64,000 bases of DNA from Podarcis vaucheri (Eukaryota), in assembly GCA_965113315.1 (NCBI GenBank), contig OZ220365.1. The stretch is one strand, 5' to 3'. Of the stretch, positions 24,501-38,393 are shown piece by piece. The notes beneath the pieces are model-generated. The model saw only the letters and a list, made by a program, of their open reading frames with translations. It was not told where the DNA came from and searched no databases. The first letter of the stretch is position 1; each line of letters starts with the position of its first letter. A program made the position numbers and the translations under genes.

Positions 24501-27500
24501 GGTGTGTGTGTGTATGTGTTGGAGACTACCAAAAGGCCAGGCCTGTTTTTGTTTTTTATTTTTACTTCTTTTGCATCTCCCAAAACAACAACTTTTAAAG
24601 AAAGACACTGTCCCCTAGAAGAGATAATCCCACAATGGAGAGTCCATTAGAGGTATTAAGGCACTGGCAGCAGCCTGATCTACAAGAGCAGCTCTGTCCT
24701 GACAATAGACAATTAAAGCTGATAAATCTGAACTACTTGTTGCTGTTCTAATTCCTTGTAATTGTGTGCTGCTTGTCCCTGCCTCCTGCACACAGGGATG
24801 AAGCATGCTTCTTTAATCTCCAGAGTACCTGACCTAGTTCCTATGTGGTCTTTTCAGGACCTGTTTTCTTCCCATCTGGACCTCTCTCCACCCCTTTCCG
24901 CCTCCTCCAAAAGCACAGAGGAGTGTTAGCAGAGAGGAAAAGAGAAAACATCAGAACTCAGCACCAGGATAATATTTCTGTAACGCCAAACAATATTCTA
25001 ATCTGCAAACAGCAGCCAATTTTGCCACTTTGGCAAAATTGTGATTAAACTGTACTTTTTGTTATTAAAAGCTCAACAAGTGGAGCACATGCACAATGAC
25101 AAGCCATATTGTCTGACCAATATTGTCTGCCAAACTTGCACGTCTCTGTGTGTGTTTTCATACACCACCCACACACTTCTATCCATTTTTAGATTTTACT
25201 TCTATCCATTCACTGGCATGTGTGTGTTCAGCTAGATTATATAGGTTTTTTTGAGTGCATTATTCTTCCGATAAGCTATATACATAAGAATACTGTTATG
25301 CTAACAAACACTGCAGTTCTAACCATACCTACTCAGAAGAAAGACGTGCTGAATTTAAATGGGGTTTACTCCCAGTAAGTGGAGCTAGGAGTGCTGCCCT
25401 TCAGCAAATTGAATCCTAGGCCTTTCATATAGTTCTCACAAGACAGGTAATTATTTATGTTTGTTTGTGTGCATAATAGCAGAGGAAACTTTGTATATCT
25501 GCATCTACTAGATTCAAAACAGCATAATTAATCCTCTTGCGGAGCTCAATTAATAATTTCAGGGTGCTTGGGTTTGGCAGCACAGGAATAAGAAAATATG
25601 GTTGTAGGAATGCCTACTGGTCTTAAAAATTCTATAAATTTATTTACATCTGAACATACTTTGGAGAATAATCTTGGAACTAATGCCTATTTCCGAGTTA
25701 GCAGCATTCTACCCTCTTATTTCTTAAGTGCCTCTTCCTCCACCTTCTTATGCTAGCAGAGCTGACAGAAGAGACTTTTATTTTATTTCCCCATGCAGCA
25801 TGGCTTAATGTTTTGCGACAGCTTGTTGTTGGATTTTTTGGACTGGAGTCCTAATTGTCACAGGCTTCTCAAAACATTTCATTTACAGTTTTACCAGGAA
25901 TACTTTCATGTGCAGAGAGTGGAGAGTTCCACTGTGCTGCCCCCAGTCAAGCTGTCAGTAATGCCGTTTGCTGGCTTCTTTCAGTTGTCCAAGTCAGACG
26001 GGCAGGAAAGCATCACCCCTAATGTTTTTACAATACTAATCTCCATTTGTTTTAAATAACGTTTTAAAAATAAGTCAGTAGTCTCTCTCTATTTCAATAG
26101 AACGTTACTAATAAAATAAAAATAAGAAACCTACTTATGTTTACCGTTTCACTTGTAGCCTAGTCTAGCTCCCCACCACCACACTTCTGTACTAGAAACA
26201 ACAAAGAAATTATGGAGACTATAGATAAGGTTACTAGAAATGACAGCTCAGCCTATATTTCAACATATGAAGCTTTAGTTAACGAAACAAATGAAGAAGT
26301 GCTTTCGAATAATAATAAAAAAGGGGGAGGGGGGAGGAACAGCTTGTAATAGAGAATGTCCTGGATCTTTTGTTTCCATTTAGGATAACAACTGGGCTTT
26401 GCAAAGAAAAGACAACAGGCAGTTCATACTAAATTGGACCTGCCAACTGCTAGTTAGAATATTGCAAATAATTTACTTTCCATGATAAAAGCAAAAGCAA
26501 GCAGCACCCAGCAGGGGCCCAGCTGATAAAACTGTGTCAAACTCAAACCATTTGTCAACCGGGAAGGAAAAGAACAGAGCTGAAAGATGGACTCAGGAAA
26601 CAGATTTATCTGGCGCAACACATTAACTAGTATAAATACCATGGGAGGAGGGAGAAAGTAAACACATTTATTCAGTATCTCCAGCTAGCCAGAAGAAGAA
26701 TCACTCACGTAACTCACTGCCCGTGCCACCCAAACACTCATTTGTCACAGAACAGTAGCATTTTTCTTTTTGTGTACAACGGGAGTGTTGTTTAATGCAT
26801 AGCACTGAAAGATTTTAGTAGCACACACACACAAAAAGTGTGGTTAAACAAGGCAAGATGCAAATTCCTACCATTTTAATCTCAAAGCAATAAAACTTCA
26901 GGTCATAAACACATGAGGTAACACCTACTAAAACTTCCATCTATGTTTTGCACTTCTGTTTACTGAAGTAAACTGATGTTATAGGAGGGATACCAAAAAA
27001 GAGGAATGCAATGCAGTGCTATGAATGCTATGAACTAGGACTGTACCCAAACAAAACAGAAAACTTTTAAAAAAAATGCTAGCCCTTTTCTTTGCAAAGA
27101 CATTCGTTTTGAACAGTTGCATGTAATTTCCGTTATGAAATAGTGTTATGAAAACAGACAAACGCAGGTTGCCAAAGCTAACTGGAATGCATACACAAGA
27201 GGTTTTCTTTTAAACTAAAGTAAAAAAACCAACAACATAGCAAAAGGTATACTGTAAGACAATTAAAACCACAGTCAGTTAATACATAAATATTAATCTA
27301 ATGCAGTATATTCTTTAGCAGTACCTTTGAACAGCCATGTAGGACAGGTTTCCAATCTTCGTTCATGCATCCCAGGGTTTTAGTCCATATATTTGTCTTC
27401 TGTCACTCACTCATTCACTCACTCATTCACACACCACGCACACACATGCACACATTAACACGCAGGACACATGCTCTCTACCTCTCACACTGAGACACTC

Positions 27501-28848
27501 CTCTAACCCTGTCTGGAGCCAAGCCTTGGATTTTAGAATTTCCTCCTGTGAGAAGATTTCCCCCCACCCCTTTCCTTCTACTCCACCCCATTCAGTAATT
27601 AGGCTTAACAAGAGCAATTAACAAAATAAACTCTGCTTAGGCTGGTGGTCTGATAATTCTGATTACCAAGACCTTTGGGAAATAATCAAAAATATTTAAA
27701 CAGATACTTTCACAGGGGCTTTAAAAACCCACCTTTTCTGTTACAGCTTATTGCAATTATTTGCAGTTTGGTTGGAGATTGGATAGCATGATCTCATTCT
27801 AGTGGCTTCAATATGTTATATTTTACTGAATTTTACTGAAAAGTTGCAATAGTTTAATAACATCAGATAATTTAATAATGCAAAATAAATAATGTGTTGA
27901 GATGATCAAAATGTTTTGAATTGTATTTATTGCATTTTATTGTTTGCGTTTTGATATAACCCTGTAAACCACCTTAGGGAGTGTTTTATTTTTGAAAGGC
28001 AGAATATGCATTTGACAAATAACTTAAGGAAGGTACCAGCACAAACTTTGTCTGATTGAATTTTCCATTATATAATAATATGACATTAAAACACAGACTT
28101 GAGTAGTTTTTTTAAAATCTTTCATTTATTTATCAATGTAAAAAGACAGTCAAGTACAAAAATCATGAACAGTGTCCTTAATAAATATATTGTGTTCCTA
28201 CACAGACTCGGTGCCTTTCCTACCTAATAAAGACATTTTTCAAGTTACCTGAGATGTACATTGATTGAATAAAATATGGGCTTTGCTTTCATCCCTGACT
28301 TTTGGATTGGATTCAGGACTAATGGGAATTGTTTCAAAACCAAAAACCAAGTACCTTTAGCTTACTGATAGAAATGTCAGTAAACTAACAGCTGTTTGTG
28401 GCAACTTTCTGTTTCTGCAGTACAGTTCACCTAAAACGTAAAGACCCCAATCCAACAGCTGAAAGTTGAGTGTGTACTGCCACACTTGCGCATATATAAC
28501 ATTCATCTGATCACAGCAACCCCATTTCTTCTAAAATGTTCAGAGATTCACGTTAACAGGTGCTGGTGTTGTATATCTACAATCTGCAACAGTTCCCTCT
28601 TGTCGTTAGGTGATATTTATATTAGCAGAAATAAATAATACGTTGCTCATATACAAACCATATGCACTGTTTTCTGATCACTTGTTGGGAGAAAAAGGGG
28701 AATGTGCAAGGAAGACTAAATTTCTTTAAGTGGGAAACAGCAGGGGGAACATGTTGGCTCTCCAGATGTTGCTGGACTCCAGTCGGTCCCAGTGAGGATG
28801 GCCAATGGTCAGGGATGATGGGAGTTGTAGTCTAGCAACATCTGCAGG

Positions 28849-29033
28849 CATAGGAGCCAACTCCGAGGGGCAGAGGTCCCTTCACCCCCCCCCCAATACA
28901 ATATTTTAGCTTCCTCCCCAAACTTGATGGGCATTGCCAATAAAATGGTGTGTGTGTGTGTGCTGCATCTTATGATTGTGCGGGGCAGGGCTTACCTGGC
29001 CCCCCCAACATTTTATTTAAGTTGGCACCCGTG
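28849..29033. mobile_element. hAT-type MITE nested in an older palindromic element (28741-29060)
   Basis: Imperfect TIRs CATAGGAGCCAACT / AGTTGGCACCCGTG; perfect 8-bp TSD TCTGCAGG (28841-28848, 29034-29041). Confidence 0.85.
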
Positions 29034-29351
29034 TCTGCAGGGCCACAGGTTCCCCATCCTGCTTTAAAAAGATACTGGCCTCGTCAGACCGGCCATCTCA
29101 GGTAAGGTGAGGTGTTTGAATTGCAGTAATGAGCCTGCAGCTTTCCACTTTACTCAAACAACTTTGGAGTGAGGACAAAGAAGGTAAGGCACTTTCCCCT
29201 GAAGAGCTGGAGTGCTGCTATAAGAATGTGAAGGGCAAAGCCATGTCATGTCCAAGGAATTTAACTATTATTTTTCTATTTCTACCCTGCCTCTTCATCC
29301 AGTAGCATGAAGGCTTTAAAGTAAACAATGAGCTGACATATGCCCATATAT

Positions 29352-29678
29352 CAGAGGCGTAGCTAGGGGGGCGGGAGGGGCAGGGAGTACTGGATGCCAC
29401 ACCATGGGGGGGGGCGGCACTTACTGCGGGGCCTGCAGCACACCAGAGCCACGTCTCACCTGGAAGTGACACAGTGGCTTGGGTGCCTAAAGGCTCTGCA
29501 CTGCCCGAAACGGCAGCGTGGGGCTTGCTTCTGCCCACCACCTCCCCTTCAGCCACCCTACAGGCTCCACACAGTGAGCCCTGCCCAGTGGGCAACTTGC
29601 CTCGGCCCCATGGATGGCTCTCTCCAGCACAATGCCAACGAGCCACCCTGGGTGCCTGAATGGCTAGCTACGCCACTG
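29352..29678. mobile_element. GC-rich MITE with 15-bp TIRs (probably hAT-type)
   Basis: CAGAGGCGTAGCTAG / CTAGCTACGCCACTG; TIR related to the 8409 element; TSD imperfect. Confidence 0.7.
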
Positions 29679-29808
29679 CTTATATCTATACTGTTGACTG
29701 CTTCATAAGACAGAATGATTATATACAGAAATAAAATAAATTAATAAAATCTGTAGGCTAAGTCCAACTAACTTAACTCAGAGCAGTTCCTCAGTAATGC
29801 GTCTATAC

Positions 29809-30055
29809 CATGGGTAGGCAAACTAAGGCCCGGGGGCCGGAGCCGGCCCAATAGCCTTCTAAATCCGGCTCGTGGATGGTCTGGGAATCAGCCTGTTTTT
29901 ACATGAGTAGAATGTGTCCCTTTTATTTAAAATGCATCTCTGGGTTATTTGTGGGCATAGGAATTTGTTCATTCCCCCCCAAAAATAGTCCGGCCCCCCA
30001 CAAGGTCTGAGGGACAGTGAACTGGCCCCCTGCTGACAAAATTTGCTGACCCCTG
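29809..30055 (+). mobile_element. hAT (Charlie/Buster-like) MITE
   Basis: CATGGGTAGGCAAAC / TTTGCTGACCCCTG ends; perfect 8-bp TSD GTCTATAC with central TA; close homologue at 57200-57451. Confidence 0.9.
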
Positions 30056-32269
30056 GTCTATACCAACACCACACAGACACAATATCCTCCAACCCCTCCA
30101 ACCTAATTAAAATAAAATAAATTATTAAAAATAAATATTATAATTTTATGGCAAACATTTTATAGTGTGCAATTGTATATTCGTGCATGCTGAATATTCC
30201 AAAATAATGTTGTTATGAATACAAATATTTTTTTCAAAATTCCCTACATGAAAAGTACAGTGCACCATAATATTCTTACTTGCACCTTCCCACAACCCAG
30301 GCAATTGGTAGCAAGTAAGTCTGGAGCTAGAATTAGTTGCATAGAACAGCCACTAACCTGAAGACTTCCCTTCCACAGTCCACTTCAGTCATTCAAGTAG
30401 GCTACATTATTCAATGGGGTTATAGCCTTTGATGATACAAAAGCTTCTTTAAACCAAAAATTTAAAAAAGACTGGAAATGTGTGGGAAGTCTTTAAAACC
30501 GACACTATCATGTAAACCACACAGTTGCCTGGGTTTCGTAACAAAGGATTACATTGGCTGATTTTGTGGTGCCTGAAAGGGCATGCCTGCTCCTCAGCTG
30601 AGCCAAGCTTACAAAAGTTTCCCAAGTTCTGAAGGTAAAGCCTTGAGGAAGAAAACTCTTTCCTCATATATTTTATTTGCTGTATTAACCATGCACTGGA
30701 TTGTTTCTGGGCTTCTGCACTTACATCATAGCATACAGAAGTGCACACCAGGTGTTTTGGACGACAGCACCTCAGAGATCTCTATCATGCACAACATTTT
30801 CCCTACATGGATCTAGATTATGGCAGAGGAGGAAAGCAGATACATCACATGTTTGCTCCTCCTCTGCACATATGTATATAAGGACGCCATCACTTATAAA
30901 AGGGTTAGGATATTTCAAGGAGAAGTTGCAATGCCTGGCCACTGGCATATAAGCTGAGAAAGATGCCTCACTACTCTGTCTCTTGCCTTGATCACCCCAC
31001 CAGGAAAAATGACAAGCTGAATAGTATTATTTATCAGCACAAAAAAATTCAGAGTTTTTTTGTTGCCAGATTAGGAAAAAATCTGACATTAGCACCCCAT
31101 TCCTAATCTTTCAACAGTGGTAGAATAAACTAGGAACAGGAACAGAATCCCCCCCCCTTCCCGGCCAATCAAAAACTGTTTTTGAAATTTGCTTATAAAG
31201 CAAAAGTTGTGGGAGGGTGGAAAAAGCAGCTGCTTCTGAGAAGGAGCAATTAAAAACTCTGCAGTAGCCATACAGAAATGCTTGCAGATTTTGGCTGATA
31301 TCTTGTGCTGTTACACTAGGAGTAAATGAAGCATGTAAGTGTTCAATCTGCAAACAATGGAATGTTGAATCAAGGCAAGACATACACTGTGGAGCTGGCA
31401 GTAAGTTCAAAAAGACTGGACTGACCATGCTGATGTAATGCATGACAGAGAGGTTAAGGGCCAGCAGAAATACTCTGGCCTACATGTTAAGCTGCCAGGA
31501 AATGTAGGGCTGCCATACGTCCGGATTTTCCAGGACATGAGATTTCAAAGGCGGAATTGTTGTCTGGGGGCAGTTTCTGAAATGCAGCGCTAGGAAATGA
31601 TACAACAGCAGTGGCTTCATAAGCACTAAGGCTTGTACTACTGAAACAGGAATGTTAAGACTTATTTTGCCACAGAAAACTCACTCTTCGTTGGCACGAT
31701 GCAAGCAAACCACATAACTGATATATTAATTTCATTAATTGAAAGTCACTAAATGCATGATGCACATCAATTTAGAAATTATTCGTTGAAAGAGAAATAC
31801 AAAAAACCCACTCTTTTAGGTTTATTGTTAAACAGAACAACAATTATTGTGTGATTTTTTAAAAAACTTCTATTATTTGCTAGTTTCAGGAAATGGTCGA
31901 TGGACGTGGGTTATCCAGAAGGATTCGACAGCATTTAGGAGAAGCTGACCACGCTTTCAATTACATTATTTTCGTCAATTAGTCTTAAGGAAAATAACAC
32001 TTCTATTAATCATTTCAATTAACGGCAAGCACCGCATGACACCAGCACCACAGCCCATATGCTGCGCTCCAATCACCCAAATATTAAAGCCTTTTTAATT
32101 GATTTATCTAAAGAACATTCAATAGACTCAAGGTGGCAGCCAGCCAGGAAATCCCGAAAGAAGATGACAAAAAGGTGGGGGTGCTAAACCCGTTTCCCAA
32201 TTTGTTTTTCCTCTTTCTCCAGGGTTCACTGTTAATCCAATCACAGCCCATAAAGCTCGCCTTTTAATA

Positions 32270-32301
32270 AAATAAATAAATAAATAAATAAATAAATAAA
32301 T
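32270..32301. repeat. (AAAT)n microsatellite
   Basis: Seen directly. Confidence 0.9.
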
Positions 32302-35300
32302 AGATAAAGGGGCACACATGTTGGTTTGTCATCTGCTTGGAGAAGCCCCCCTTCTCCCACACTTAGCTGTCCAGTTAAGAGAGGGCTGCTGCGTACAGCA
32401 GCACATTTTTATCCAGCAGAAATATTTAGCTTGGCTACCCGCCAAGGAATGCTGGAAGAATAGAATGAATTAGGGGATTTACCTTCCACGTGCTTCGCAC
32501 GCGTCACTGAAGAGCTTGCTTCTTTTCTTTCTCTCCACCCCCCCCACCCCTCCCCGCCCCTCTCTTTCCTTTATCAAATATCTCCTACAGTTAAAAAAGT
32601 ACAGCCTGAAATAGGAGCCGACACGTTACCAAGTTTGGTCACAGTGGCGCTATTCTGTGCAAGGTAGACATTTCCCTTTACTGTTGAAATAAAACCTTTG
32701 CACCTAGAAAAGCTTAGCTTGTCTTGTACACTACTTCATGTGAGAGGTTTCTTTTTCTTAAGGGACCGTTCGCTTTATGCAAAGATTCTTTTCACAGAAG
32801 AGCTAGTGATTTGAAAACGTATTCCCACTAGACATTAATATACTAAACTTAGCTTTGTTGATATAAACAAGGCGGGTTGTTCTGTCCTGTGACTGCAGGG
32901 TGTTTATATGGGCTTTCCTTTGTTTTTCTTATGACATTTCCTAGCTTCTTGACTGGCCTGGTTTTATTTGTATTGGCAAGTAAGACGGAAAGAGTTAATA
33001 TATAAAAAAAGGCAGTTCGGGAAGCACCCTATATCGCCACTGACTGAGCTCTTAATGTGAGAAGCTAGGATGATGTTTTAATAGTTCAACAGATGGTGCT
33101 ACTATACATATTGTACAGAGATAAAGGAAGGCTTCACCAGCATTAAATAGGAGAGCTTCTAACCAGCTACAATTCAATACTGTGCATGCATGCATGTCTT
33201 TCCTGAGTTTATACCTCCAGGATGCTTTTTAAGTTAAATGAAGAGGTATGCTTCTTTCAGTTAAGTGTATTAAGTGTACATAGCACAGTCAATGAGCAAG
33301 CTATTTTAGTGGAATTGGTGGCGTTCTGTAATAATATATATATATATATAATTTCAAGATACCACTCAGCACATTAAGCTCATCTGCACTGCAGTCATTA
33401 AAGTGCTGGGGGTAAATGGGGAAGGATGGCAAAATGCAGGACTCAGATAGGCATGCATGATTCACTGTTCTCCCCTTCCTTCTCGAAATACTATCCTTTT
33501 GATCAGCAGTGAATGGTGGGGAGAGGAAATTCTTGAAAATGTCGGCGGTTTCACAGTCTTCTGATTGCATCTCTGTATCAGGACCAGCATTATCTGCCAT
33601 CTTACTCAACTATGCAATAGGTCAAATAAAAAAAGCTAAACACATTTTCTCAATGATTACCATTTCCTAGGAAATACTGCAATTTTGGTGCACAAAGGAG
33701 CCATATTGTGGGTGTTTCTCATATAACCTAGGTCAGCCTTCCCCAGCCAGATGCTTTGGACTCCCAACTCCAATGAACTCCAGCAAGTAGGGCTTTTGCT
33801 GGCTAGGGCTGATGGAAATTGTCATCTAAAGGATCTAGGAGGGCACCAAGTTGGGGAAGGCTAGCCTGGACCCTTCCAGTGTTAACCGAATGTCACAGGA
33901 AGGGCACAAACTGTTGCATTTCTCACACTATTTTGATTATGCTAAAATGAAATTTGCTTTGGATTGATTAAAACTGCACTTTATATTTCCAATAAATCTT
34001 GCTTATATTCTGCGTGCACAAAAATACTAATGGAGGGGTGCGGAACCCCAGTTACCAGGGCAAAATGCAGCATTCAGGCTACACCCGCTCCCCATCTGTA
34101 GCTTCTCCCCAACAATCCTGCTTTTCTTCTGTCTTGAGAATTTATGCTTGACTCACATGTGTCCTTGAACTCTGATACTGTTTCTTCCTTGCCTATTCAG
34201 ACATGCGAGTGTGTGTAAAAACAATCCTACTGTGCAAACGTAGAACTAACATTCATGGCCCTACACACCACTAACATGAGGCTCCTAGAAGGTTGCCTAG
34301 AAGGAAATGTGGCCCTCAGACTATAATATGTTCCCTGTCCTTGTGCTAATGGCAGATACTAGACATGCAAGACACTATACCATTTATCACCTGTTGCCTT
34401 ATCTGGCATTATGCACTATAGGCAGGGACAGTAATCCTGCAGGTTTTAATTTCAGACATGGAATATTTCAGTTCTGCTGGTATAGACAATTACTCTGAAC
34501 CCATTTTCTGTCCAATTCTGACTTTCTGTTGGGGTGAAATCATCAATGATTGGATGTGTGAAATCTAGCTACGGGATTGAAAATTGTTGCCCATTTATTG
34601 TTGATTCAGCTCGTACTTGTGACTTGCCACAATACAATCAAATTTGTGGTGATATAATTATTTTTATATTTACAGTCTGATAGACAAAACTGATAATTTT
34701 CTCCAACCCCAAAGGCAGTTCTTTCAGGTAAAAATAAAATAAAATACAATTCTGCCAACACACACATTTGGAATGATACTTCAGTGAGATTAAATAATTA
34801 CTGAATCTCTGTATTGTGTTTTATGTTTAATATCTTTGCAATTAATTGATCCCCACCCCCCAATGACTCTGAAAATTCAGGGCTGCACTCAACCTTCTGC
34901 AGCACCAGCATCTGTTGCAGATAATCCATCAATGGTTTTGAAATTGCCAAATGAAAATGCAAAAAGCCCAAACTGTTAACATTCTACTATTCAGACTGGT
35001 GTTTTTCTTTTCTTTTTAAATGCAGTTGGAAAACTGAATTAGTGCAATATGTCATTAAATTTTAAGACAAGGCGCCACCACTGAGGATGTCTTCTCTTGT
35101 AAACAAATAAGCAAATAGGCTTTAACCAGGCCCTGACCCAATAAATATCTATGTGATATATAGCCTTACAAATACAGCATAGTGGACCTTTGCCCACATA
35201 GTATTATGTTCTTGATACTAACCTTGTGCCCAAATCAATCAATGTTTTTAACTGGCAAATTTCCATCTGTTTTGCATCTGAAATGATTACAAATCAGAGT

Positions 35301-36318
35301 GTTTAGGGTTGTACTGGCATTCAAATAATTCCCCAGTAGGGTTTATTTAATCTAGAGTTGAGATAAATATGTGGCGCAAGGCAAGCTCTACCAAATTTGT
35401 TATATTTAAATACAGTGTTTGAAATATGTATACAGGCTTATTTCTTTTAGCAGCAAACAAAATTTGCAAGTCTTAAAGAAAACACAAACATGTCTTTTTC
35501 TGAAGCACCAGATTTATCAGTGATTGGATGTTTGAACCCTTGCAGGTGAGTTTTAATAATATGAGTTTTAAAAACATGCAAGTTGTTGAATCACAATGCA
35601 GTAAATTGTCCTTCCACAAACCTTCCTTCTTCATTAAAATCTTATTTGCTTGGTAATCTCCTTTGATCGCTAAAGTTATAAGAATCCCCCTCTTTTGCTT
35701 TTGATACTATCAGTGTAGCTTTTGACCAGAGAGCGTGATGAATTAAATGTATGACAGATATGACAGGTGAGGAGTGCTTGGAGGGGGCTTAAACAGCAGG
35801 GATAAGACAAAGCCCCCATTTAAGAACAAAACCTCCACCCGATGACTAGCCCATTAATGACCAATCACAGAATCACTCTATTTGCCCTGTTGGACAAGGA
35901 GCAAGCCGATACTACAGACAAAGCTTTGTTAGCCACAGGGCAGTTGTTCAATCAGGCCACACAGCCAACTAATTGAAAAGTCCGTTCCCTGTTCCTGCTC
36001 CCTTGGTATTTGATACGCTGGACTTTTATAGGTAAAACTGCTCTCTTCCTATAATGTTATATCAAGTAATTCACCACAAATTTACAGCTGGACTAAGTGG
36101 TATTACAGTTTATAAACCTGAAAATCTATCTGCAGGGAATCCAGATAAGCCTCAGAGAGAAACAAGTCCCGCATTACAAATCCAAGGAATTTTGGAAGTC
36201 AATCCATTAGGATTATTGGGGGGCAGGCCTTTGATTTTGGAAGTCAAAACTACAAAAATAATAAAATCTTACAATCTCTCTTTATTATAACCTCTTTTTG
36301 AAGGCTGATTGTTTCATC

Positions 36319-36321
<3 letters not shown>

Positions 36322-36354
<33 letters not shown>
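36322..36354. repeat. (AC)n microsatellite
   Basis: Seen directly. Confidence 0.95.
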
Positions 36355-36359
<5 letters not shown>

Positions 36360-37464
36360 CATTTCAATAATATTTGGAAGAGATTATTGGGCAGGAGGCC
36401 CAACAAAAATATTTGTTTTCCTGAGGTTTGTAATCACATGCTCTTTAAAGAACCAATTTTAATAACTATTAGTACTCAATATAAAAATCAGATCACAAAT
36501 ATTTAGCAAACGAGCGTATTATTCATCACTCTGGGATCATCTGAAAAATCTCACTGCTCCCCTTTAAGTATTCAATATGTATCAGAGATATACAGCATCA
36601 TAAATAAACTGAACATTCAATACCCCAAGAGGATTAAACCAGAAAATGTGCTACAGAAATTTGAAAAGGCCGAGAGCACATGGGGAAAGAAGCCTCTGTT
36701 GGTATTGCATTTATACTATTTGTCTGTTAATAGGACGAAGTTTTCAATTGTAATTCTTTTCAGAAGTGTTAAATACTACAATTATATTTTCAATAAAGCC
36801 AAATGCGAGAAGAAAAAATAGATATTAAAGTGGGCACTGTTGAAAATATAAAGTTTTATCTTAATTTCAGGTTTATAAATGAGGATAAGAACAATACCTG
36901 TTCATCATTAGGTTCAGCTATAAAATGATGGCGGTGATAATAATCCATATTTACTTATATATAATCCTGGCTTTGGTAAAGCCACACACTTTTCATTTTC
37001 ACTATGAGAAAAAAGAGTGGATAGAAAAAATACTTTTTCACTCAGAAAAAGTGGCGACAAGGAAATGCAAATCTGAGCACAGCAGTTATCTTTTTAGGTA
37101 ACAATTCCTTCTCATAAAAATGCGACAATTATGCTGTCAAGTCAGTTATAAAGGCTGATTAAAGCATTTCCAATTTGAAATGTGTAATGTGATATAAAAT
37201 AATGGTAGCAGACTGAAAGGTAGAAGGCATGATTTTAAAAAGTTCTATATTTTTCAATGCAGATTTATTCGCAGCTTATGAGCAATACATGTAAATTGTC
37301 GTTGATACTGAAAGCCAAAGATATATATACAAGGTCCCCCCTATCTTTTAAAGAGGCTTGCTGGGTTGCAGTTGTTTCCCCATACATGTTGCTTCAGCCG
37401 CAAACATAAAAGTTAACATTTAAAGAAACCATTCTAGGATAATACCCTTTCACATGCAGCTAGG

Positions 37465-37612
37465 CAGTGCTTTTTTCTGGGGGGATGCAGGGGTACACAT
37501 ACCCCTAAACATTTTGTGAATCTAAGTTTGGCCTCATTGAGGGGCAGTATTTCAATAGGAGTAGGAAAATGAGAGTAACCCTAAACATTTTTTTTAATAG
37601 AAAAAAGCACTG
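37465..37612. mobile_element. hAT-type MITE
   Basis: TIRs CAGTGCTTTTTTCT / AGAAAAAAGCACTG; perfect 8-bp TSD CAGCTAGG; inverted homologue at 56091-56236. Confidence 0.9.
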
Positions 37613-38154
37613 CAGCTAGGAATTATGCTCTCAGTATTACAGATGTAAAGGCAATTTCCTAATTCAATCCACTTGTCTCTTGTGATCTCTGCATCTCTAG
37701 TTTAGATTTCTAGTCAGAAATGTGAAGTAGTGTCGTATCCAAAATGCAGGCTCAAAGTCCTCGCTGCTCCACCTCCAAAAGCTGTCAATAGGTCTGGACT
37801 ATGTCTGTCCACAGCTTTGCATTCATAGAGACCATTTGACAGAAGGGCAAGGAAGACATCCAGGAAAACTGCTTTCAGACCTTATCTGAGCAACAATACT
37901 TAACTTTCACCACCTGGGCATGGCTTCCGGAGAGAAAACAATCACACGTATTGTCTCCTTCTGGACATTAACCCCTAAACCAGCCTCCAGTTGATGCCAA
38001 ATGTTTCTTGGTTTTTTAAAAAACCCTTATTTTTAGTCAGGACAGTATCTCTAGTCTTTCATCTCCCCACCCCTGCCCTCAGTAACACAAACCAGTCTGT
38101 AATTGGTATTATGCAATATTAGAAAGGTGGGCCTCATAGTTATTAATTGAAATC

Positions 38155-38393
38155 CCATGAAAATGGACAGGATGAGATGTAGCGCCTGCTCTGAAGTACC
38201 CCTCAAGCTCGCTACCTCTGCCAGACTCGTGGCTATCTGGAAACCGGCCCTGGCACCACTGCCCTCATCCTCCATTTCCTCTGCCCGAACGCCCACCTGC
38301 CCAGACTTTCTCTGGTGGCCCCTTTCGATGCCTGGCATCAGCAGTGGCAGCAACGCCGGCAGCGCAGTAGCCCCCGTACCCAAGCCATGCCCC
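38155..38393 (-). pseudogene. Tailless retrocopy fragment of an LPCAT3 (MBOAT5)-like 5' leader plus first coding exon
   Basis: GC-rich 239-bp insert between perfect 14-bp direct repeats TATTAATTGAAATC (38141-38154, 38394-38407). From ATG 38275 it reads MEDEGSGARAGFQIATSLAEVASLRGTSEQALHLILSIFMG, similar to the recalled human LPCAT3 N-terminus ...SGFQELSLNKLATSLGASEQALRLIISIFLG. Confidence 0.8.

Noticed and set aside
36189-36247. 14-bp direct repeat ATTTTGGAAGTCAA around 31 nt
   Set aside because: Possibly a small insertion with duplication, but the insert is too short to assign a source.
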